64,000 bases of DNA from Octopus sinensis (taxonomy: Eukaryota). This document shows positions 1 to 10,026 of the stretch, piece after piece. Made by a program: the position numbers and the translations under genes. How positions within the stretch are numbered: the stretch's first letter is position 1; every line of letters starts with the position of its first letter. The notes beneath the pieces are model-generated. The model ran no database searches. It was not told the DNA's origin and was given only the letters and a program-made list of their open reading frames with translations. The stretch is taken from the NCBI RefSeq assembly GCF_006345805.1, contig NC_043017.1, positions 27,218,001 to 27,282,000 of the forward strand. The letters run 5' to 3'.

Positions 1-16
1 TTCCCTTTTCTTCTAG

Positions 17-49
17 GAATTATTGTAAATATTGCTTTTATGAATACAG
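17..49 (+). CDS. Candidate 33-nt internal micro-exon of an unidentified host gene
   Basis: Pyrimidine tract ttcccttttcttctAG, then 33 nt, then GTAAGA donor. Open as phase 1-1 (GIIVNIAFMNT) or phase 2-2 (NYCKYCFYEY). No homology recognised. Confidence 0.45.
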
Positions 50-317
50 GTAAGAAAAACCTAATTTCATGCAGTAGAATTTTTGGCATATTTCCGTCAT
101 ATGTCAAGAATGCATTCACTCGTTCGAAAAGTCTGTATGTTATAGATTACTTCAATGTATCTGACTGTATTTGGGATATCTGAAACCGAACATTTAATTA
201 TCTTAATTAGAATTATACCTGTGGGAATCTATATATAATTTTGCCCATGATATTTATGGATGGAAATGTCCAAAGTTTCTACAATAAAATCCTTCACGTG
301 TTTTCCAATCATTTCAG

Positions 318-382
318 ATATGTCATTTGCAACTAAGCTAAATTCTGCACATGTTGTCGAATTGTATAACGCGGGATATTAA
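318..382 (+). CDS. Candidate terminal coding exon (joins 17-49 as ...GIIVNIAFMNTDMSFATKLNSAHVVELYNAGY*)
   Basis: Acceptor ttttccaatcatttcAG at 316-317; phase-1 frame open for 20 codons to TAA 380-382, compatible with exon 17-49 across a 268-bp GT-AG intron. Product unknown. Confidence 0.3.
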
Positions 383-599
383 TAGACCGACGTTTTTTTT
401 TTTCTCATTTCGAAATTTAAATATGAATTGCTTTCCATTCAATACATACCTACACTATATACGCAGAACTTCCAAGCAACACGTAGGGACAATAATCAGA
501 GTGTTGCTAAGTGATATGTAAGTAATATCAGTTGTTGCTGTGTTAAATTTTCACAGGAGCCATGCAAATATTTACACACAAATACGCACACAAAACATC

Positions 600-641
600 T
601 GACATCTTTAGTCGTCATCTTCATCGTCATCATCGTCATCA

Positions 642-690
<49 letters not shown>

Positions 691-710
691 CATTATTATT
701 ATTATTATTT
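600..710. repeat. (CAT/CGT)n + (TTA)n microsatellite
   Basis: Directly visible; explains the poly-I and poly-Y ORFs. Confidence 0.95.
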
Positions 711-711
711 A

Positions 712-1200
712 AGGCAGCGAGCTGGGAGAATCGGTAGAATGCCGAGCGAAATATTTAGCGCCCTAACGTTCTGAGTTCAAATTCCGCCGAGGGAGACTTT
801 GCGCTTCATCCTCTCAGATCGATAAATGAAGTAAGACATGTAACGGGGTCAATGTTATGAGCTACCCCAATACACAGAAATTTAAATCGTTGTGCCTACA
901 GGAGAAATTATGATTATTATTAAGGAGGTTTGCAGGCAGAATCGTTAGTACATCAGTCAAAATGCTCGGTAACCTTCCGTTCTGAGTTCAAATTCCTCTG
1001 AAGTTCACATTGATTTTTATCCTCAGGGGTTCGATAATAATAAGTACCAGTTCAACGGTGAAATACATGAGCCGGTGCATTCCATCAGTGGCCTCTCACA
1101 AAGCTTCGCGCCTTGTGTCTGTACAAGAAATCATGGTTATAATAATAATAATCATTACTAAGGGGGCGGGCTTGCAGAGTCATTAGTAAACCGGGCAAGG
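712..1200 (+). mobile_element. Two diverged SINE-C-type copies (about 712-910, 922-1140) plus a third head (about 1160-1200), separated by TTA/TAA tracts
   Basis: Heads aaggcagcgagctgg/gcagaatcgttag, B-box gagttcaaattcc, central gactttgc..catcc..gtcgataaa..aagtaccag motif shared with other copies. Confidence 0.75.
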
Positions 1201-1204
1201 TGCT

Positions 1205-1322
1205 GTTGTATATGCATGAATATATATATGGTAGGCTCCTTTCATTTTTCGTCTACCAAATTGACTCAGGAAGATTTGGTCGTCCCAAATAGAATAATTG
1301 CCCATTGTGTCATGCAGTAGGA
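1205..1322 (-). mobile_element. Diverged 3' half of SINE-A head module
   Basis: ctttcatttttcgtctaccaaattgactca...tgcccat..catgcagtagga aligns to ctttcagtttccgtctaccaaatccactca...gcagtggga of the young copies. Confidence 0.7.
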
Positions 1323-1717
1323 TATGAGCAGTTCCCATGAGCACTATCTTTTGAATTTCTGCCATTTTTGGGTTTCCGGGTATCTGAGTTAGATAGCCAT
1401 CAGCCCCATTTGCTATCATTCCCAGGGCACATATGACAGCAGGTATTGTTTTAGTCATCAGGTTCCACATTTTGCTGATTTCTATTTCAAGATCTTTATA
1501 CTTGCTCAGTTTTTGGTAGGTCTTGACAAATACGCTCATATCGATTGGAACAGTCATATCAATGAGGAGGCATGTTCTTTGTCTGACGTCATTCAATATG
1601 ATGTCTGGCCTATTTCCATCTATCTTTCTGTCAGTTTGAATGGTGAAGTTCCAGAGGAGTGAGATGTGGTCATTTTCAAGCACCGGAGGTAGTCTGTGTT
1701 CCCACCAGTATTTTTCA

Positions 1718-1722
<5 letters not shown>
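1318..1722 (-). pseudogene. R4/Dong-clade non-LTR retrotransposon 3' fragment (restriction-like endonuclease domain)
   Basis: VLENDHISLLWNFTIQTDRKIDGNRPDIIL..LIDMTVP..KLSKYKDL..TIPAVICALG..IQKIVLMGTAHIL: RPD..D..K endonuclease signature of R4/Dong. Abuts (TTA)n at 1722-1757. Confidence 0.9.
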
Positions 1723-1758
<36 letters not shown>

Positions 1759-2153
1759 TACAACTTGTAAAATTCGGCACTGCTTACCAAATAATGACAC
1801 ACACAAAAGCATGTACGTATGTATAGATGTTATTGCGCTATATTATGTATACGTTTCAAGAGAAATATGGCATTCGTGTTTCGAAACTAAAGCCAGAGCA
1901 TGTTATTTAGTAGTTATAAAAATTGTTTTAACAGTTCAGTATTGTAACATCATACAATAGATTAAGTTTACAAACTTAGGAAATCCAATTATTCATTTTA
2001 TACAATATATGACAACCGATATACAATATGGTATTTTGCATATTTCTTTATTCATCGATAACCATGTATGTATATATATATATATATATATAATATATAT
2101 ATATATATGTATATATGTATATATATATATGTATATATATATGTATATATATA

Positions 2154-2200
<47 letters not shown>

Positions 2201-2233
2201 TATATAATATATACATATATATACATATATATA

Positions 2234-2283
<50 letters not shown>

Positions 2284-3249
2284 TAGATATATATATATGT
2301 GTGTATGTATGTATGTATATTTATAAATATTAAATTTCCAATCTTTATGAACGTTTTCTTTGTGCTTCTTTATGGTTTTTCATATCGATAACTCATTAGC
2401 AAAATAAACGTTTGGAAACTTATTTGTTTTTCTGATTGTAAAATGTGAAAGAAAGTTTCTATCCTCGGGAGTCGCCCATCTGCTAATTCTAATGCATACA
2501 ATATGTTGAAATGTAAAATTACCATATCAATAATGTATTTGTTTTGCGTTTGTCTCGCGCTAATCTAATGTTCTAAGAAACCATAACTGCTATTTTCCAG
2601 CTGATGAAGTTTTCCAGATTTGAAATGATTTCTTTTATTCTATATTTCCTTTTTCCTTCTTGATAACACTAAACATTAATCATTTTCGTAACGTTAAACT
2701 TTACTATATTTTTCCCACTGATCAACATGTTTACTGATCAACTTAATAAATATAAAAAGCAAATAGCAAGCATGCTTTGCTATTTGGCCATGTGTATGTT
2801 ACATTAACTATTGAATAAACACTACCGTAGATGTTAAAACACAGACGTTAAAAGTTTAGCAGTAGAAAAAGCAGAATAAGATTCATTTCTATTAATTTTC
2901 ATTTACAGCATTCAGGAAATTATTATTAAAGTTAGAACAATATGCTAAAAATAAATATTGCATTCATGCAAATTTGATATTTTATTTCAAAGCTCAGATG
3001 CACGTTTTATTACTAAGCAAGATTTATATCTTTTTCGGTTTTCCTGTCGGGATAGAAACATGCGTGTAAAACGTTGCTATATATATATATATCGATTAGC
3101 GTGCTTTCAGGAACAAAATCCCTACCTCCGAGTAGTAAAACATGAGAGTAAAACAACAGAACGATTTTTGGTATGTAGAAAGACTACTACATATTATTAT
3201 AATAGTACTGCAGACCCTTATCTACAGTCTGAATATATATATATATATT

Positions 3250-3503
3250 GGTAAAAACGGTAAGATAACAAAAGAAAGAGAACTGAATATTATGTAAATA
3301 GAGGAAATTTATCTGTAAAATAATATGTGACAATTATTCAATAGCCAAGATAAAACTCTGAGTTTCGGATGCCGAGGTGGAAATCCACAACACCATCTCT
3401 TCGGAAGGCTAGATGACCTAAGATATGGTGTGGTAGATTTCCACCTCGTCATCTAAAACTCAGAGTTTTATCTTGGCTGTTGAATAATTGTCACATATTA
3501 TTT

Positions 3504-3507
<4 letters not shown>
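3250..3507. mobile_element. (TA)n-embedded fold-back element, family A, copy 1 (arms about 3314-3396 / 3425-3507) with degenerate hammerhead-like motif in each arm
   Basis: Near-perfect inverted arms; second copy at 45515-45780; one-sided extension 3250-3313. Confidence 0.75.
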
Positions 3508-3589
<82 letters not shown>

Positions 3590-3591
<2 letters not shown>

Positions 3592-3790
3592 AAGTTAATC
3601 CAAATATGAAAACACAACAACAGGAGGACGTGGAAAAAGTATAGTTTTATTAGACGCTCAGGAAAAGAAAGAAAGAAGGAGGACTTAAACTTTCGAGCGG
3701 AACTCTTCGTCAGAAACACAGAAAAAGGAAAGATCCAAGGAAGGGAAGACGGAGGAAAAACCATCGCCAACGATACACATGCGGTCACAT
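3590..3790 (-). mobile_element. Penelope-like terminal repeat fragment, family B, with minimal hammerhead core (about 3686-3718)
   Basis: Minus strand CUGACGA-A-GAG-uuccg-CUC-GAAA; homologous to 45803-46016. Confidence 0.6.
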
Positions 3791-3793
3791 ATA

Positions 3794-4559
3794 AAGGATG
3801 CGTATTTGAGGACAGATTTAGGTTTCTAAGACAAAAAGCAGATATATAATAATAGATAATAAATGCTTTTATCAAAAACTGCTCTGAGGATAAAAATAAA
3901 TCTTCTTTTCTATTATGTTATTCAATAAAGTCACTTTCAATCTCAACTCCTTCTATATGAGATGTGAATCATCTACATGCTAGAATCAAGTGGTCCTGGT
4001 TCATTTCGGACGTTACTCTGATTATGGCAGACTTCAAAGGATCTTCTGTGTTATGGGTATGTTCATTGACCTCTCTCTCTAAAACACTCCACGTGTAATA
4101 GTCCAATGGATGGAGATCTAGGGAATTAGGAGGCCAAATGTTAGGTGAACATGAATATTTTCAGCCATCCACCACTGTGTTACTAGAGCCATATGCGATA
4201 ATGTAGAGTCTTACTGAAACCTCATGTCACCTTCCATTCCATATACTGTCTATCCAGAGCCTAGCAATTTTTCCAGTTTTTAAAAAAAAATGTCTTACTA
4301 TACCGATGATACGTTTCCATGTTCAGTCTCTATCTCCTTACAAAATCTGTAGACGAAAGATCTAGCAACTTATAAAAAACGTAATATTTCTAAATCACTA
4401 TGCTAAGCCTTTCACCCCTAAATAACAGCATGCCATTTCAATTCTTGAGTAAACGGAGGGTCTGGCATAATTATTTTCTGAAACAAAGATTATACAGAGT
4501 TAGCAATAATGCAGAAATGATCCCGAAAATCTATGTACTCAAATACCCGACGCATCCTG
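3794..4559 (-). mobile_element. Internally deleted maT/DD37D-type Tc1/mariner relic
   Basis: Minus strand FQ*DSTLSHMALVTQWWMAEN..WPPNSLDLHPLDYYTWSVLEREVN..DFIE*; imperfect TIRs (c/a)aggatgcg..tatttgag at 3794 and 4535-4559, in TA context. Confidence 0.8.
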
Positions 4560-4576
4560 TCTATATATATATATAT

Positions 4577-4642
<66 letters not shown>

Positions 4643-4759
4643 GTGTGTGTGTGTGTGCGTATGTGTGTTTATGTGTGTGTGTGCATATATGTATCTATCT
4701 ATCTAACTATCTACATATATATATATATATATATATATATGTAGATAGTTAGATACATA

Positions 4760-4918
4760 GGCGCAGGAGTGGCTGTGCGGTAAGTAGCCTGCTTACCAAC
4801 CACATGGTTCCGGGTTCAGTCCCACTGCGTGGCATCTTGTGTCTTCTGCTATAGCCTCGGGCCAACCGATGCCTTGTGAGTGGATTTGGTAGACGGAAAC
4901 TGAAAGAAGCCTGTCGAA
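4760..4918 (+). mobile_element. SINE-AB family, head module A only (tRNA-derived, CORE-like)
   Basis: ggcgcaggagtggctgtgcggtaag A-box, ggttcagtccc B-box; ends in (TA)/(TG) tract. Confidence 0.9.
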
Positions 4919-6049
4919 TATATGTATATATGTATATATATGTATGTGTATGTATATGCATATGCGAGTGTATGCGTGTGTGTGTGTATCCATATATTTA
5001 CGTATGCATAATATACATACATAGCGTGAGTAATATCTATGCATGATTGTATATAAGAAGACATATTTAACTGGCCATTTGTCATTTAACGTTGTACATG
5101 CGATAAATCTGTCGTTTTTAATGAAATGCTTTATTAGCAAATAAAACCAGCGGTCCTTTACATTAGCAACACCTTGTTTCTAAACTAAACAACTTGCAAT
5201 AAAATAACGGATCCGACGTCCAGTTGCTTCTTAACTATGTTTGCCAGTATTTTATGACTTTTCAAATTCTCTTTAATTGGTACATATTCAAAATATATTA
5301 ATAAATGAAACGTAACTGTGTTAGTAGGAAGGATATGATTTAACATCATGTGAACGGCATTGTTCAGGTTTTTCCCATAAACATATATGTGGCAGCTGGA
5401 TGAAAAAATCACACCTACTGAGCTCATTATTCAATATTGCGGATTATAAATACCTGTTTGTTAGTATTCCATTGAAGTATTCACGCAACACCACTTCATA
5501 CTGAAGTCTTCTTTATTTGGTTTAGTATATAATTAACAGTAGACTGAATTGCGAGATGGTTTCTTAAGTAGTATATACTACAAAAATACTCGGGTACGTG
5601 TGTATCATGAGTTGAAGACGGGGAGGATGACTTCCCTTCACAAATACTGAGAGGTCACAGATAGTGTGTCTATAGCCAGCTGGAAGAGGTATCTTCCTGG
5701 GGCTACAAACTACAGTAGCATCCACCCTTATGGGTTAGCCATATTCAAATGGCAAATATGCGTCACGATGTGTTACCGCTACTGTTTATAACTCGCTCTG
5801 AGATTTATCACTACAAAAATAGTTCTATAACTACTATACATGCTGTCAGAATCGTGATGATTCTATCATAACTAGTGAATATACTTTAAGTGTTTCCTCA
5901 GAAAGTGACCCAGGGACCTCACAGACCGTAGTGTTATTATTAGCCGAGGCCAAAGTTATTTTTTGACGTAAATATTTGGAGAATATCATATTGATCATTA
6001 ATTATTCATCGATAAATATTTAAATCTCTAGAGTCAATATCGATATCAA

Positions 6050-6231
6050 ATATTGGCACAAAGCTAGAAACTTTTTGGGAGAGGTACGTTGAATATATTT
6101 ACCCCAGTTCTCAACTGGTATTTTTATTTTATCGACCCTGAAAGTATAAAAGACAAATCAACCTCAGAGGAATTTGAACTCAGAAAGCGGCCGAAACGCC
6201 GCGAAGTATCTTGCCCAGCATGCTAAAGATT
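6050..6231 (-). mobile_element. Old SINE-C variant
   Basis: aactggta..ttatcgaccctgaaag..ggaatttgaactcag matches the reverse complement of SINE-C. Confidence 0.65.
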
Positions 6232-7201
6232 CCTATTTCTTTACTACCCACAAGGGGCTAAACATAGAGGGGACAAACAAGGAGAGACATAGGTATGAAG
6301 TCGATTACATCGACCCCAGTGCGTAACTGATACTTAATTTATCGACCCCAAAAGGATGAAAGGCAAAGTCGACCTCGACGGAATTTGAACTCACAACGTA
6401 ACGGCAGGCGAAATACCTATTTCTTTATTACCCACAAGGGGCTAGACGTAGAGGGGACAAACAAGGACAGACATAGGTATTAAGTCGATTACATCGAGCC
6501 CAGTGCGTAACTGGTACTTAATTTATCGACCCCGAAAGGATGAAAGGCAAAGTCGACCTCGGCGGAATTTGAACTCAGAACGTAACGGCAGGCGAAATAC
6601 CTATTTCTTTATTACCCACAAGGGCCTAAACACAGAGGGAACAAACGAGGACAGACAAACAGATTAAATCGATAATATATCGACCTCAGTGCGTAACTGG
6701 TACTTATTTAATCGACTCCGAAAGGATGAAAGGCAAAGTCGACCTCGGCGGAATTTGAACTCACAACGTAACGGCAGGCGAAATACCTATTTCTTTATTA
6801 CCCACAAGGGGCTAAACACAGAGAGGACAAACAAGGACAGACAAACGAATTAAGTCGATTATATCGACCCCAGTTCGTAACTGGTACTTATTTAATCGGC
6901 CCCGAACAGATGAAAGGCAAAGTCGACCTTGGCTGAATTTGAACTCACAACGTAACGCAGACGAAATACCTATTTCTTTATTACCCACAAGGGGCTAAAC
7001 ACAGAGGGGACAAACAAGGACAGACCTAGGTATTAAGCCGATTACATCGACCCCAGTGCGTATCTGGTACTTAATTTATCGACCCCGAAAGGATGAAAGG
7101 CAAAGTCGACCTCAGCGGAATTTGAACTCACAACGTTGCGCCAGACGAAATACCGCTAGGCATTTCGCCCGGCGTGCTAACGATGCTGCCAGCTCACCGC
7201 C
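6232..7201 (-). repeat. Tandem array of five SINE-C bodies (about 184 bp each) with a single tRNA head at 7153-7201
   Basis: Units start with cctatttcttt at 6232, 6416, 6600, 6786, 6969; only the last continues into cgctaggcatttcgcccggcgtgctaacg..ccagctcaccgcc. Confidence 0.95.
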
Positions 7202-7339
7202 TGTCTGAAAAGTCAATTAATATTTGCCGAGAAATATACGAGAGGCCCCGCAAAAAATTCACTCTAAATTTTTTTTATTTTTCTATGTACCACCTGTATT
7301 ATTTTTTCTATCCTTTTTCTACGAACGCATATATCTTAA

Positions 7340-7555
7340 CGGCTAGGATATTCGTCTCACGAGCGAAGTTTGTAATTTCGATTCCCCGTGGGATGTTTTG
7401 TCTTTTAGCAAGAGAATCCATTGTACAATATTCCCGTTCACTCAGCTGGATAAAAATTACTAATACCCGTATATCAAGGGCCTGGGATTGTTATATTGTG
7501 TCATGCTGAATCTTTCCGAGAACCACATCAAGGTTAAACGTGTCTGTGAAGTGTT
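7340..7555 (+). mobile_element. Highly diverged SINE-D-like copy
   Basis: tRNA-like tttcgattcccc plus gtgtcatgctgaatctttccgagaaccac..aaacgtgtctgtgaagtgttc, matching the SINE-D body. Confidence 0.55.
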
Positions 7556-7910
7556 CCCCCACCGTCGACGTAACAGAGAGAGTGGTAGTTTTCTATTCTT
7601 GTTTAAAACGGTGACTGACCTCTCGGGTAAGTGCGATGCTTTTTATTTCGATGCTTTTTCGTCCCACACTATATTTTCTCGTATTTTTCAAAACGTAGGG
7701 AGCAGTTGTGGAATATTTTCACTTAAACCAGACACCACGCCACAATCAGTGAGGATTATCAACTGTGTGGCACAAATCTAATATGAATATGTTTGCCATT
7801 TTATGTTTTAGAAGCGCACCTTAATGTTTAAATTTCTATAAAAACTGTATTTCTTTAAATATTTACTAATATTCTCATCACATACATAGATAATTATTCT
7901 GCTGCCTCAG

Positions 7911-7944
7911 TATTCCGCCAAAATTTCACGAACTACTATACGGA
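7911..7944 (+). pseudogene. Candidate duplicated 34-nt exon, copy 1 (IPPKFHELLYG); donor replaced by MITE
   Basis: Within a 66-bp direct repeat (7880-7945 vs 8368-8433, 55/66 identical); acceptor ctgctgcctcAG. Confidence 0.35.
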
Positions 7945-8357
7945 GATCTTTTCGGTTTGAACGGCAGTTTTTAACATAATATCTAGGTAACCAAAAAATT
8001 TTAAACTTAGTATACTGGTAGAATGTTGTTATAAAACATATTTTTCTCTTGGCTTTATTGAGAAAAGTCTATAGTTTGCAAGATATTTGTTGTTTTTTCT
8101 TCAATTTCTGCAATTTCAACCAATCATTTACGTATATTGAGGTAAAACGCATTCTCTGCCGTATGAATATGTCCCTCGTTTAAGAAACAGATTGGGTTTA
8201 TTTACATTTGTGAAGAAAAAAAGATACCCTTCACTCCACCCCTAACCCGAAAAACAAATTGATATGCAGTAGATCGATCGATACTAGGGTCATAATTATG
8301 AGTGACAATTTCATATGATACCGCTAGAAAAAACTGCCGTTCAAACCGAAAAGATCC
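7944..8357. mobile_element. GGATC-ended MITE (about 415 bp, about 28-bp TIRs), no TSD retained
   Basis: TIR (a/g)gatcttttcggtttgaacggcagttttt; inverted homologue at 8658-9076. Confidence 0.9.
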
Positions 8358-8398
8358 ATATCTAATTACATACATGGATAATTATCCTGCTGCCTCAG

Positions 8399-8432
8399 GA
8401 TTCCTCCAAAGACTTACGAAATACTATTCAGA
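8399..8432 (+). CDS. Candidate 34-nt exon, copy 2 (IPPKTYEILFR), phase 2 to 0
   Basis: Branch-like ctaat 8362-8366, acceptor ctcAG 8397-8398, donor GTATGT 8433; phase-compatible with exon 9192. Confidence 0.45.
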
Positions 8433-8657
8433 GTATGTAAACATAACCAGCAGCTCTGGGAATCCGCTTTAGATTCTAAGTGGTTATTTTGATATCAGCT
8501 TTAGTCAAATTCTGGTCTTTACAATGATAAATGGTATTGTTGTTACAATATTACGTTGCTCACGCAAACCTGTAATCAGGGACGTTACCGATTTTACCAC
8601 ATGGAATTTTATTTAAAGTTGTAGTAAATAGCAAGATAGTATAATGAAAATTTCCTC

Positions 8658-9076
8658 GGATCTTTTCGGTTTGAACGGCAGCTTTTTCTAGCGGTGTCAT
8701 ATGAAATTTTCACCCATAATTATGACCCTAGTATCGATCTATTGCATTTCAATCTGTTTTAGGGTTAGGGTTAGGGATGGTGGGAAGTGTATCTTTTTTC
8801 TTCACAAATGTAAATAAACCCAATCTGTTTCTTAAACGAGGGACATATTTATACGGCATAGAATGTTTTTTTTTACCTCAATAGACGCCAGTGATTGGTT
8901 GAAATTACAGAAATTGAAGAAGAAAAGCAACAAATATCTTACAAACCATACAATTTTCTCAATAAAGCCAAGAGAAAATGATGTTTTATAAACACATTCT
9001 ACCAGTATAGGATGTTTAAAATGTTTTAGTTACCTAGAAATTATGTTAAAAACTGCCGTTCAAACCGAACAGAATC
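8658..9076. mobile_element. GGATC-ended MITE, inverted relative to 7944-8357
   Basis: Same TIR; tentative 8-bp TSD atttcctc (8650-8657) / attttctc (9077-9084). Confidence 0.9.
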
Positions 9077-9191
9077 ATTTTCTCTTCTATATTGTATGTA
9101 ACGGTGTATATTTGGCTGATTCTGTATCAGTTGTTGATATCAAGTAGAAGATCAATTTCTAACTCCAAGCAACAGAATCATTTCTCCGTAG

Positions 9192-9356
9192 ACGATTGTT
9201 AAAGGGGCGATGGCTTCAATCGGTTTAGTTTACCTTAAAACATCACCTGAAGATGTCAAAAGAACAAAGAAGCAAAAGCGTATGGTGACCTATAAAACAG
9301 AGTTTCAGTTTCGATATGATGAGGAAATATACATTACTCTAGGATATATTAAATGA
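9192..9356 (+). CDS. Candidate terminal coding exon TIVKGAMASIGLVYLKTSPEDVKRTKKQKRMVTYKTEFQFRYDEEIYITLGYIK*
   Basis: Acceptor atcatttctccgtAG; only phase 0 is open, 54 codons to TGA 9354-9356, in non-repeat-looking sequence; the acceptor TAG is an in-frame stop. Product not recognised. Confidence 0.45.
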   Translation, partial: TIVKGAMASIGLVYLKTSPEDVKRTKKQKRMVTYKTEFQFRYDEEIYITLGYIK

Positions 9357-9718
9357 TATTATCGGAGGGAATCACAAATGCGTGGTGATGTCAGCAGTTT
9401 GATAAAATCTTTTGCATTATTCTTACTGACTCGTGTGTTCAGTCAAAACATTAAGTTGACATTTAAAAAATGTTAATCCCTTACGCGTTAACGTTATTCA
9501 TTTCCTTGTTTGCTTCTAATTCTTATTTTTTTTTCGTGAAATGGTATCTGATTTATTAAAAAATAAAACAATATCCGCGAGATATTCTAAATGTCACGTT
9601 CAACTTCAACATTGAATGCACATTTTCAACGATGCGTCTGGCAACATTTAATCACGAACCAATCGTTCCAGGAGCATAACTGCCAGAGTTAGTATATATT
9701 CCTATGTGTATATATGCA

Positions 9719-9764
<46 letters not shown>

Positions 9765-9967
9765 ATATATATATATATATATATTCATACATCTGTATAT
9801 ATATGTATATATATATATTCATACATCTGTATATATATATAAATATAAGTATATTCATACATCTGTATATATATATATATATATTCATACATCTGTATAT
9901 ATATATATATGTATATATATATATTATATATATATATATACATATATACAGATGTATGAATATATAC

Positions 9968-10001
<34 letters not shown>

Positions 10002-10026
10002 ATGAATTTATACACATATATATACA

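Noticed and set aside
1993-2326. Poly-IY/YI, HT/CV, poly-I/N/Y/V/S ORFs throughout the track
   Set aside because: Translations of (TA)n, (CA)n, (AAT)n and (CTA)n microsatellites.
2598-2632. CUGAUGA..GAAAU hammerhead-like string
   Set aside because: Stem II weak and stem I cannot form.
6232-7201. Regular about 184-bp repeats resembling a CRISPR or satellite array
   Set aside because: No unique spacers; the units are SINE bodies in a eukaryotic context.
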